DNA of 64,000 bases from Mobula hypostoma (taxonomy: Eukaryota), in contig NC_086108.1 of assembly GCF_963921235.1 (NCBI RefSeq), positions 12,028,001-12,092,000 on the forward strand, written 5' to 3'. Below, piece after piece: positions 52,291-64,000 of the stretch. The position numbers and the translations under genes were made by a program. The notes beneath the pieces are model-generated. The model worked only from the letters and a program-made list of their open reading frames with translations, was not told where the DNA came from and did no database searches. Each line of letters starts with the position of its first letter. Positions within the stretch are counted from its first letter, which is position 1.

Positions 52291-52650
52291 AACGTTGAAA
52301 GTCCTAGTGTGAACATGGAATGGATACTTCCTATACTGAGGAAGTCTGGTTGTATAGGCACAGCCTCAGAATAGAGGGTCATTCCTTTAGAACAGAGATG
52401 AAGGGAAATTTCTTTAGCCAAAAGGAGAAGAACCTGTGGAATTCATTGCCACAGATGGTTGTGGATCTCATGTCATTGGGTATATTTCATGTGGAAGTTG
52501 ACAGGTATTGAGTTATCAAAGGAAATGGGGAAAAGTCAAAACAATGGGATTGAGTGGGATAATGAATTAGTCATGATGGAATTGCAGATCCAACTCGATG
52601 GGCTGAATGTCCTTGCTCTGCTCCTATATAATATGGTCTTGTGATCTTAT
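52291..52650 (+). mobile_element. Old CR1 fragment, right half of the split host
   Basis: HSLRIEGHSFRTEMKGNFFSQKEKNLWNSLPQ. Confidence 0.82.
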
Positions 52651-53534
52651 AGAGAAAATAAAATAACTCAGTAGTGATTGGTGTAGTGGTTAAAGTCTAT
52701 GATAATTTGCTGTGTTAACTTGATCAAAGTAACGGAGGATTCCCACTTCTAGACTTAGTTTATAAACACTGGAATTATTGAGTTATAATCCCTGGTTTAT
52801 TGGCCAAACTAGTGAAGTGACCCTAGGAGTGATGCCACAACTTAATCTTAATGATGTTTTGAGTCCAAATAAAAATACATTACTTAGAAAAGAATCTTCA
52901 AACCATAACTTGTTACAAGGATTTACCCCTTTGTAACAGTGATCAGAGAGGCACAGGGAGAATCTGAAATTACTAACAAGTACATTTATTATCTCAATGG
53001 AAGCGCTCTTGAATTTACACATGAATATTTATGTGCACACCCATTACATCTTCCTGAACCTCCAGGAACAGTCAAAGAATAGAAAAGGTAATCCCAGTAA
53101 AAGGAGTCATGTGCTCCTCATGGTGCCACTGCAGTCTCCACCTGCATGTAGGGTACTCCACATCCACAGTGGCTGCTCTCTGATGTTAGAGAGTTGATGC
53201 TATTTTTGCATTCGAAGTGTCTGCTACTATGTTCATTTTTTTACCAGTTCAAATGTTGCATTTCAGTGTTACCGGTGACTGACATATAACACCTTCTTAT
53301 TGGCTGTGGGCCAAAATCGGCTCAACTTCATGCTCTAGGTGAGTTTTATTCTCTTCAACTCTGATTCAGTTTGGTTAAACCAGGTCACTCAGACACTGAA
53401 CTAAGATAGCGAGATTACCTCTGCAAACCTCTCATTGTATACAATACACAACTTATATGAAAATGATCTTAGGTTGAGCAGGTCAATAGCAAAAATCCTT
53501 ACGTCCATATTCAATTACACTGATTATGTTAAAA

Positions 53535-54370
53535 GACCATAAGACATTAAGACATGGGAGCAGAATAACTCCATTTGGCCTATTGAGTCTGCTCTGCCAT
53601 TCAATCATGGCTGAATCCTCAGCCCCACTCCCCGTCTTTCTCCCTATCACCTTTGATACTGTATCCAATCAAGAACTTATCAATTTCTGCCTTAAACACA
53701 CCCAACTATCTGGCCTCCGCAGCTGCCTGTGGTTGTAGTTTCCACAAATTTACTACCCCCTGGCTAAATAAAGTTCTCTGCATCTCTGTTTTAAATGGGC
53801 TGTGCCCTTTTGTCCTAGATTCCCCCACCATGGGAAACATCCTTTTCCACACCTACTCTGTCTACGCCTTTCAATATTTGAAAGGTTTCAATGAGATCTC
53901 CTCTCATTCTTCAAAATTCTATTAAGTGCAGACCTAGAATCATTAAACATCCCTCATACGATAACCGTTTCATTCCCGGAATCATCCTTGAGAACCTCCT
54001 CTGGACCCTCTCCAATGGCAGCACATCATTTCTTAGATGAGGAGTCCAAATCTGTTCACAATACTCAAGCTGAGGCCTCATCCATGCCTTATAAACCCTC
54101 AGCATCACATTCCTGCTCTTGTATTCTAGACCTCTTATAATGCATTCAAACTTTGCATTTGCCTTCTTCACCATCAATACATCCTGCAGGTTAACCTTTT
54201 GCTGTGTTCTGCAAAAGGACTCCCAAGTCCTATCAATCAGCCACTTCTCTAACCACACCAGTAACTTCCCTGTAATACCATGGGCTCTTAAGTTGGCAAT
54301 CAGCCTCATGCGTGGCATCTTGACAAAGGCCTTCTCTATGTCTAAATATATAATATCTACTGCATCCCCT
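53535..54370 (-). mobile_element. CR1 fragment with internal deletion
   Basis: Minus ORF 53911-54318 joins LRAHGITGKLLVWLEKWLIDR almost directly to VKKANA...RGLEYKSRNVMLRVYKAWMRPQLEYCEQ. Confidence 0.85.
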
Positions 54371-54919
54371 TACTATCACAGAGCAAGAAACAATTCTCAA
54401 ACCGTTCACAAGGTGGAAGTTACAGAGCTGCTTCATGAAATGGCAACCTCTATTTTCCTACAAACACATGACAAAAACAAAAACCACTTGGGTTGTCTAA
54501 TTCCATTGCCCTTGATTCATTCAAATTAATTGATTTGTAGACTGTAATTCTTTCTATGCAACTAACTAGATTTGGTAGAGGTTTGGCCAATAAACATAAT
54601 CTCACTAAGAGTTCCCATATTCTAAGGAGGAGCTTTTATTAGTGTTGAAGCTCAGAGAGGTGTCTTCTAGTACTTACAGTAGTTTCTGTGAGATACTAAG
54701 TGGTCACATATTCAGCTTAGTCTGTTCAATCAAATCCATTGTATCCATGGACACTAATAAACTATTTATTTTCCAGGATCAGAGTATTGTTGGCAAAGCT
54801 AGCAATTAGTGCCTTTCCCTAATTGTCCTCAAGAAAGGGGTGGTGAGCTGCTCTCTTGATATGTTGTAGCTCTGGTGAAAGCACACCAACATACTGCTGA
54901 AGAGTGATTTCCAAGATTT

Positions 54920-55615
54920 AGACATTAGGACACAGGAGCAGAATTAGGCCATTTGGCCCATCAAGCGAGCTTTCACCAGAGCTACAACATTTCATCATGG
55001 CGAATTCATTTCCCTCTCAGTCCCAATCTCCCCACCTTCTCCCTGTATCCTTTCATGCCCAGACTACCCAAGAATCTATCAACCTCTGTCTTAGAGATAT
55101 CCAAGGAATGCCTCCAAAGCCACCTGTGGCAATGAATTCCACAAAATTCTCGACTCTCTGGCTAAAGAAATTCCTCCTCATCTCCATTCTAAAAGGATGC
55201 CACTTAATACTGAGGCTGTGTCCTCTGGTTCTAGACTCTCCCAACACAGGAAAGATCATCTCCATATCTATTATGTCGAAGCCTCTCAACATTCGATTCA
55301 GAGATACCCACTCATTCTAGTGAGTACAGGCCCAGAGCTATCAAATACTCCTCATATAATAAATGTTAAAATCCTAGAATTATTTCCATGAATATCCTTT
55401 GAACCCTCTCCAATGTTAGTGTATTGTTTCTATGATGCAGGTCCTAAAATTGCTCTCAAAACTCCAAGTGAATTCTCATTACTACCTGATAAAGCCTCAA
55501 TATTACATCTTTGCTCTTATATTCTTGCCCTAATGAAATGAATGCTAACATTACATCAGCCTTCCTCACCAGTGATTCAACCTGCAAATAAATCTTTAGA
55601 GAATTCTGCACAAGG
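54920..55615 (-). mobile_element. CR1 3' fragment
   Basis: Minus ORF FPVLGESRTRGHSLSIKWHPFRMEMRRNFFSQRV. Confidence 0.85.
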
Positions 55616-55881
55616 ATTGAGACACTGGCATTGAAGCAATGCTAAAATGTTTCCAAATTGGATCAGTGTGACTGTTGTAGGTGAATCTGCAGGTAGTGTT
55701 CCTGTGCAGCTGCTGCCCTCTCCTTGATGATCGCAGCAAGGGGTGGTTAGATGCAGTCAAGGTAATCTGGATTACAGTTGGGAATGAAACACAGAAAGTT
55801 TCAGTTGGAGACAGAGTGAAGACTTAGAGCAATGGTTGTGTTTCAGGTACCTCTGCCTGCAGTGGATAGTGTAGAACAGTT

Positions 55882-58800
55882 ACAGCTATGCCTATACTGA
55901 GAGGTCCACCACAACCACAGAGCTTCATCACATTCAGAGAGGTCCATTACAGTTCCAGAGTGGTCCATCACACTTATCGAGAGAGCTCCATCACACAGAG
56001 AGGATCATTACACTTATCCAGAGAGGTCCATCACATTTACTCGGAGAGGTTCATCATACTTACCCAGAGAAGTTCCTCAGATCCAGAGACACCAATTACA
56101 CTCATCCAGAGTGGTCCATAACACTTAACCAGAGAAGTCCATCACACTTATCAAGGGTGCTCCATCATGCTTATCCAGAGAGGTCCATCACATTTATCCA
56201 GAGCTGTCCTCAAAGTTAACCCAAAAGGTCCATTATCCTCATCCAATGAGGGCCATAACACCTCTCCAGAGAGGTGCATCACAATTCGCCAGAGAGGCAC
56301 CTCACACATGCAGAAGGATCCATCATATTCAGAGATATCTATCACACGTATCCAGAGAGGTCATTCACCAATCCAGAGAGGTCCATCACACTTATGCAGA
56401 GAGGTCCATTACACATACCCTTAGAGGTTCATCACTCTTATCCAGAGGGGTCCGTTATACTTATAAAGAGATATCCAACATATTCACTCAGTGAGAATCA
56501 TCATACATCCAGAGAGGACCACACGTATTCTGTGAGGATATTTAGATGTCTCCAGAGAGGTACATCACACTTATCCAGAGAGGACCATCACACATATCCA
56601 GAGTGGTCCATCCCTTTTATACAGCTATGCTTATACTGAGAGGTCCATCACATCTACAGAGCTCCATCACATCCAGAGAAGTCCATCACATATCCAGAGA
56701 AGTCGATCACAAAACCAGAGAGGTCCAACACACCTATCCATAGACGTTCATCACACTTATCCAGAGAGGTACCTCACACTTATCCAGAAAGCTCCATCCT
56801 ATCCAGAAAGCTCCATCCTATCCAGAAAGCTCCATCACATGTATCCAGAAAGGTATATCACAAATCCAGAGAGAGATCACACTTATCCATAGAGGTTCAT
56901 CACCCTTATCCAGATTGTTCCATTGCACTTATCCAGAGAGATCCACAAAGTTTTCCCGAAAGGTCCATTACACATATTTAGAGAAACTCATCACACTTAC
57001 AAAGAAAGGTTCAACACAGTTATGCAGAGAGGATCATCACACATCCATAGAGGTCCATCACAGTTTTCGAGAGAAGACCATCACACAGATCTGGAGAGGT
57101 CCATGAGAGTTATCCAGAGCATACCATCACACTTCTCAGAAAGGACCATAACTCCTCTCCAGAGAGGTCCATCACAATTCTCCAGAGAGATGCATCACAC
57201 TTATCTAGAGAGGCTCATTACACTTTTCGAGAGAGATCTATCACACTTCTTCAGAGAGGTCCATCACACCTCTCTAGAAATAACCATCACACAAATCCAG
57301 AGACGTCCATAAAATTTACCCAGAAAGAACCATCACACAAATCCAGGGATGTCCATAAAAACTTACCCAGAAAGAAACCTTGCACTTATACAGAAAGGTC
57401 CATCACATCAGAGGGATCCATCACATGTATCCAGAGAGGTGCATCACACTTATCCAGATTGGTCCATCACATTTAACCAGAAAAATCCATCACACTCAAC
57501 CAGATATATCCATCACACTTATCCAGAAAGGCCCATCATACATATACATAAGTGTCCATACAGAGAAGTCCAACACAGTTAACGAGAGAGCTTCATGATA
57601 TCTCTGAACAGGTCCATCACACGTATCCAGAGAGGTTCATCACATCATCCAGCTGGGTTCATCACATCCAGGGAGGGCCACAAATCTGAGCCAGAGGGTC
57701 CATCATATTTTCCCAGAGAGATCCATCACTCTTATCCAAAGATTCATTGCACTCTTCCATAGAAGTCTACCACATTGTTCCAGAGAGTTCAATCACATTT
57801 ATCTAGAAGGTCCATCACACATATCCAGGAAGGGCCATGACACCTCTCCAGAGTAGGACATCACAGTTATCCAAAAATGACCATTGCACTTCTCTAGCGA
57901 GGTCTATCACACTTCTCCAGGAAGTTCCATCACACTTACCTAGACAGGTCCATCAGACATATGCAGAAATGTCTATCAGACTTATCCAGGCAGATCTATC
58001 ATGCTTATTCAGAAGAATCCACACAATTATACTGAGAAGTCCATCACACTTATCCAGAGAGTCCATCAAACTTATAAAGAGAGGTTCATTACATTTATCC
58101 GAGAGGACCATGACACATGATCCAGGGACATTCATCACACTTATCCAGAAACGTCCACCATACTTATCCAGAGAGGACCACCATACAGATACAGAAATCT
58201 CCATCACACTTATCCAGAAAGGTCCACCATACTTATCCAGAGAGGACCACCATACAGATACAGAAATCCCCATCACACTTATTCCGAAAGGTCCACCATA
58301 CTTATCCAGAGAGGACTATCATACATATACAGAAATTTCCATCACACTTATCCAGAGTAGGTCCACACAGTTAACCAGACAGCTCCATGCCACCTCCAGG
58401 GAGGTGTATCATACCTATCCAGAAAGGACCATAACACCTCCAGGGCGGAACATCACAGTTGTCCAGAAAAGACCATAACATTTCTCTAGAGACTTCTCCA
58501 GAAACTTCTATCACACTCATGCTGAGAGGCCCGCACAAGGACATCTATCAGACTTATCCAGGGAGGTCCATCACACCTATCCAGAGAGGCCCGCACAATT
58601 ATACTGAGAAGTCCATTACACTTATCCAGAGAGGTTCAGCACACTTATCCTGATATGTCCATCACACTTCTCCAGAGAGTTCCACCAGACTTATCCTGAT
58701 ATGTCCATCATGCTTCTCCAAAGAGATCCATCACAGTTATCCAAAGAGGACCACCACACATATCCAGAGAGGTACCTCACACTTACAGAGAAAGGTCCAT

Positions 58801-60035
58801 CACACATGCAGATACATGCACACAGTTATCACAAGAGGTCCATCACACCCATCCCAAGAGGTGCATCACACTTATCCAGAGAGTTTCAACATATTTATCC
58901 AGAGAAGACGTTCACACGGATCATGACAGGTTAATTACACTTATCCAGTGGGTTTCATCACATCCAGAGAGCTCTACCACATTGACTAGAGTGGTCCATC
59001 ATATTTCTCCAGAGAGATATACAACTCTTATCCTGAGAGGTCCCTCACAATTCTCCAGAGAGATCCATCCACTTATCTGGAGAGGTTCATTTCACTTCTC
59101 CAGGGAGTTCCATTACACGTACAAAGAGAAGTCCAACAGAGTTATCCAGAGAGGTTCATCACACATCCAGGAAGGTACCTCACACTTATACTGAAAGGTC
59201 CTTCACATTCAGTGAAGTCTATTACGCTTATCCAGTGAGGTCGACCACAAATCTGAGAAGTCCATCAAAAAAAAATTGACTTTCATCATCACACCTCTCC
59301 AGAGAGGTCTATCACACCAAAGAAATCCATCACTCTTTTCCCGAAAGGTCCATCAACTTCACAGTTATCCAGAGATATTCATCACATTTATTGAGAGTGG
59401 CCCATCACATTTTTCCAGAGAGATCTGTCACACTTATTCAGAGAAGTTCATCACAGTTCTCCAGATCAGGCCATTACACTTCTCCAGGGAGTTTTGTAAG
59501 ACTCATCCAGAGACGTCCATCACACTAATCTAGAAAGGACCATAACATCTCTCCAGAGAGGTGCATTACAATTCTCTAGAGAGTTCCATCATGCTACTCC
59601 TGAGAGGTCCATCACACTTATCTAAAGAAGCTCCTCACACTTATTCCGAAAGACCCACCATATCCAGTGAGGTACATCACACTTATTCAGAGAGGTCCAT
59701 TACACATGTCCAGAGTGGTCCATCACTCATATTCAGACAAGTCCACCACACTTACTCACAGAAGTCCATCACATCCAGAGCAGGCTATCACACTTAACCA
59801 GGGAAATCCATCAGACTAATCCAGAAAGGACCATACCACTCTCCAGAGAGTTCCGCCACAATTCTCTAGCGAGTTCCATCATACAACTCCTGATAGGTCC
59901 ATCACATTTATCTAGAGAGGTCCATCATACTCATTTCAAAAGGTCCATCATAAACAGTGAAGTCCACCACACATATCCAGAAAGGTCCATCATGTGTACG
60001 CAGGGATGTCCGTCCATCTTATCCAGAGAGTTGCA
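55882..60035. repeat. 23-bp satellite array (consensus TCCATCACACTTATCCAGAGAGG), degenerate
   Basis: Direct reading; ORFs cycle SITLIQRGP / SHLSREV / HHTYPER. Confidence 0.95.
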
Positions 60036-60044
60036 CATAGGTAT

Positions 60045-62193
60045 AGTCACAGTCATAGTCATAGTCATACTTTATTGATCCCGGGGGAAATTGGTTTTCG
60101 TTACAGTTGCACCATAAATAATTCAATAGTAATAAAACCATAAATAGTTAAATAGTAATATGTAAATTATGCCAGGAAATAAGTCCTGAACCAGCCTATT
60201 GGCTCAGGGTGTCTGACCCTCCAAGGGAGGAGTTGTAAAGTTTGATGGCCACAGGCAGGAATGACGCCCTGTGTTTGCATCTCGGTGGAATGAGTCTCTA
60301 GCTGAATGTACTCCTGTGCCCAACCAGTACATTATGTAGTGGATGGGAGACATTGTCCAAAATGGCATGCAAGTTGGACAACATCCTCTTTTCAGACACC
60401 ACCGTCAGAGAGTCCAGTTCCATCCCCACAACATCACTGGCCTTACGAATGAGTTTGTTGATTCTGTTGGTGTCTACTACCCTCAGCCTGCTGCCCCAGC
60501 ACACAACAGCAAATATGATCGCACTGGCCATCACAGACTCGTAGAACATCCTCAGCATCGTCCAGCAGATGTTAAAGGACCTCAGTCTCCTCAGGAAATA
60601 GAGACTGCTCTGACCCTTCTGGTAGACAGCCTCAGTTTTCTTTGACCAGTCCAGTTTATTGTCAATTTGTATCCCCAGGTACTTGTAATCCTCCACCATG
60701 TCCACACTGACCCCCTGGATGGAAACAGGGGTCACCGGTACCTTAGCTCTCCTCAGGTCTACCACCAGCTCCTTAGTCTTTTTCACATTAAGCTGCAGAT
60801 AATTCTGCTCACACCATGTGACAAAGTTTCCTACCATTGCCCTGTACTCAGCCTCACCTCCCTTGCTGATGCATTCAACTATGGCAGAGTCATCAGAAAA
60901 CTTCTGATGACAAGACTCTGTGCAGTAGTTGAAGTCCGAGGTGTAAATGGTGAAGAGAAAGGGAGACAAGACAGTCCCCTGTGGAGCCCCAGTGCTGCTG
61001 ATCACTCTGTCGGACACACAGTGTTGCAAGCACACGTACTGTGGTCTGCCAGTCAGGTAATCAAGAATCCATGACACCAGGGAAGCATCCACCTGCATCG
61101 CTGTCAGCTTCTCCCCCAGCAGAGCAGGGCGGATGGTGTTGAACGCACTGGAGATGTCAAAAAACATGACCCTCACAGTGCTAGCTGGCTTGTACAGGTG
61201 GGCGTAGACACGGTTCAGCAGGTAGACAATGGCATCCTCAACTCCTAGTCGGGGCTGGTAGGTGAACTGGAGGGGATCTAAGTGTGGTCTCACCATAGGC
61301 CGGAGCAGCTCCGGTACAAGCCTCTCCAAGATCTTCAAGATGTGGGAGGTGAATGCCACCGGTCTGTAGTCATTGAGGCCGCTGGGGCGCGGTGTCTTCG
61401 GCACAAGGACGAGGCAGGATGTCTTCCACAGTACAGGAACCCTCCGGAGCCTCAGGCTCATGTTGAAGACATGGCGAAGTACTCCACCTAGCTGAGGGGC
61501 ACAGGCTTTGAGCACCCTGGTACTGACACCATCCGGTCCTGCAGCCTTGCTTGGGTTGAGACGTTTCAGCTGTCTTCTCACCTCTTCAGCTGTGAAGCCC
61601 ACCGTGGTGGTTTCGTGTGGGGAAGGGGTATAGTCATGAGAGCAGGGTGAGGGACTGTGAGGAGGGGTAGGAGGGGAGAGTGGAATATGTGTTGGTTGGG
61701 AGCCGATAACAGATGACTCGTGGGGAATGGGCAGGGGCCACAATGTCAAATCTGTTAAAGAGTAGGTTAAGTTCATTGGCCCTGTCCACACTGCCTTCAG
61801 CTCCTCTGTTGCTAGTTTGCTGGAACCCAGTGATGGTCCTCATCCCACTCCAGACCTCTCTCATGTTGTTCTGCTGGAGTTTCCACTCAAACTTCCTCCT
61901 GTACCTGTCTTTGGCCTCCCTGATCCTGGCTTTCAGGTCCCTCTGTATTGCCCTCAGCTCCTCCCTATTTCCATCTCTAAACGCCCTCTTTTTAGCATTC
62001 AGGATGTCCTTAATGTCCTTTGTTACCCATGGCTTGTTATTTGAATAACAAAGGACAGTTCTTGTCGGAACATTGCAGTCCACACAGGAGTTGATGTAAT
62101 CAGTGATGCACTCTGTGAGCCCATCAATATCCTCTCCATGTGGCTCACAGAGTGCCTGCCAGTCTGTCACCTCAAAACAACCCTGGAGCGCCT
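60045..62193 (-). mobile_element. Rex1/Babar LINE, 5'-truncated, RT largely intact, with 9-bp TSD
   Basis: ORF 60298-61791 (KAAGPDGV...NDYRPVAFTSH...LDPLQF...FFDISSAFNTI...GAPQGTVLSPFLFTIYTSD...KFSDDS) plus frameshifted 61634-62170. AATAAA then (TATGAC)n tail; cataggtat at 60036-60044 and 62194-62202. Confidence 0.93.
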
Positions 62194-62202
62194 CATAGGT
62201 AT

Positions 62203-62560
62203 CCTGAGAGGACCATCACCAGTGAGGTTCTTCACAATCATAGAAGTCCATCCCACTTATGAAGAGAGGTTCAACATATTTATCCAGTGAGTACCATCAT
62301 ACATATCCAGAGAGGTCCATCACACTTATCATAATTATCTAGAGATGTCCATACAGTAATCATAAGAGGACCATCACACTTATCCAGAGAGGTCCATCAC
62401 ACTGATAATGAGAGGTCGAACACAGTTATCCAAAGAGGCTCATCACACTTCCAGAGAGGGCCATCACTCTTATCCAGAGACGTTCAACATATTTATCCAG
62501 AGAGGTTCATCATACTTTTCCAGAGTTTCATCACACTCATCCAGTGTGGACCATAACACC
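62203..62560. repeat. 23-bp satellite, continued
   Basis: Same monomer as 55882-60035. Confidence 0.92.
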
Positions 62561-63933
62561 TCTATCTAATCCTTTTAGTATTCCATAGGTTTCAATGAGA
62601 TCCCCCCACATTCTTCTAACTTCCAGTGAGTACAGGTCCAAACCTGTCAAATGCCCCAGTTAGGCTCACTCTTCATTCCTCAGGAAACTCCTCTGGACTC
62701 TCTCCTATACTTTCTGAGATATCGGGCCCAAAGCTGTTGACAATACCCCCACCGTGGCTTGACTAGTGTCTTATAAAGTTTCAGTAATATCTCCTTGCTT
62801 TTATAATCTATTCCTCTTTAAATAAATGTCAACATTGCATTTGTCATCTTTACCACAGACTCAACCTGTAAATTAATCTTCTGAGAATCTTGTACCAAGA
62901 CTCCCAAATCCTTCTGCACCTCTGATGTTTGAATCTTCTCCCCATTTAGATAATAGTCCAACTATTGTTCCTTTTACCAAAATGCATTAACATGTATTTC
63001 CCAAAACTGTATTCTATCTGCCACTTTTTGCCCATTCTTCTAATTTGTTGGAGTCCTGCTGTAAACACATTGCTTCCTCAGCAGTACCTAACTCTCCACC
63101 GATCTTCATATCATCCACAAACTTTGCCACAAAGCCATCAATTCCAAGATACAAATTGTAGACAAACAATGTGAAAAGCAGCAGCTCAATATTGACCCCT
63201 GAGGAACACCACTAGTCACTGGCAACCAAGCAGAAAATCCCCTTTTATTCCCACTCGCTGCCTTCTGCCTGTCAGCTAGTCTTCTATCCACTCCAGTATC
63301 TTTCCTGTAACGTCATAGGATTTTATCTTGTTAAGCAGCCTCAAGGGTGGCACCTTATCAAATGCCTTCTGAAAATCTAAGTAAATGACATCTATTGCCC
63401 TGCTTTTAACTTCTTCAAAGAACTCTAACAGATTTGTCAGGCAAGATTTTCTTTTACATAAATTATGCTGACTTTGACTTATTTGATCATTGTACCCTGA
63501 AGTCTCATCCTTAATAATAATAATAATAATAATAATAATTGAATTCAACTCTTTCCCAACCACTGAGGTTCGGCTAACTGGCCAATAATTTCCTTTCTTT
63601 TGCCTTCCTCCCTTTGTAATGAGTGGCGTGACTTTTGCAATTTTCCAGTCCTCTGGGACCATGCCAGATCAGGTAATCCTCGAAAGATCATAAACAATGC
63701 ATCTGTTATCTCTTCAGCAACCTCTCTCAGGACTCTGAGATGTAGTCCATCTGGTCTGGGTGATTTATTCACCTTGAAACTTTTGAGTTTGCCTCGCACT
63801 TTTCCTTTGTAATAGTAATGGTGTTCACTCTAGCTCCCTGACAACCACAGACCACAGGCACACTGCTGGTGTCCTCCACAGTGAAGGCTGATGCACAGTA
63901 CTCCTTAAGTTCATCTGCCATTTCTTTGTCACC
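62561..63933 (-). mobile_element. CR1 ORF2 internal fragment, decayed, truncated at both ends, with an internal (AAT)n at 63512-63540
   Basis: Minus ORFs VPEDWKIAKVTPL...IYLDFQKAFDKVP and VTSGVPQGSIL; ends at GDLIETYGILKGLDR without a 3'UTR. Confidence 0.9.
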
Positions 63934-64000
63934 TCACATTTATATCCATCACTCTTATCCAGAGGGTCCATCACAGTTATTCAGAGAGATCCATCACACG
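63934..64000. repeat. 23-bp satellite, running off the right edge
   Basis: tccatcactcttatccagagggtccatcacagttattcagagag. Confidence 0.85.

Noticed and set aside
55888..59797. His/Ser/Arg-rich repetitive ORFs, up to 213 aa
   Set aside because: Translations of the 23-bp satellite; overlapping ORFs in all three frames give the same cyclic peptide.

Overview
Eukaryotic, repeat-dominated vertebrate DNA, not a prokaryotic locus. The repeat inventory (CR1 LINEs with (TTTCTATG)n tails, HE1/V-SINE-like SINEs, Rex1/Babar, RTE and Penelope remnants) suggests a cartilaginous fish, which is an inference. 1-15.3 kb is a degenerate 29-bp satellite with higher-order duplications, interrupted by a solo LTR and a young CR1 3' fragment. 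15.3-55.9 kb is mostly nested retroelement debris, including a near-intact CR1 ORF2 (49344-52193) and a CR1 with an inverted internal segment (24.0-26.4 kb). At 38-40.4 kb lie a CpG-rich promoter-like region, an 18/21 RE1/NRSE match and a candidate 80-nt signal-peptide first coding exon on the minus strand (gene not identified). 55.9-64 kb is a second, 23-bp satellite interrupted by a TSD-flanked Rex1/Babar LINE and a CR1 fragment. The best candidate for an under-described system is a set of Penelope-derived minimal hammerhead-ribozyme motifs, one inside a 210-bp TSD-flanked fold-back element. I cannot show that any of this is new without database searches. Most boundaries of old fragments are approximate (+/-20-50 bp), and most short ORFs in the track are spurious.
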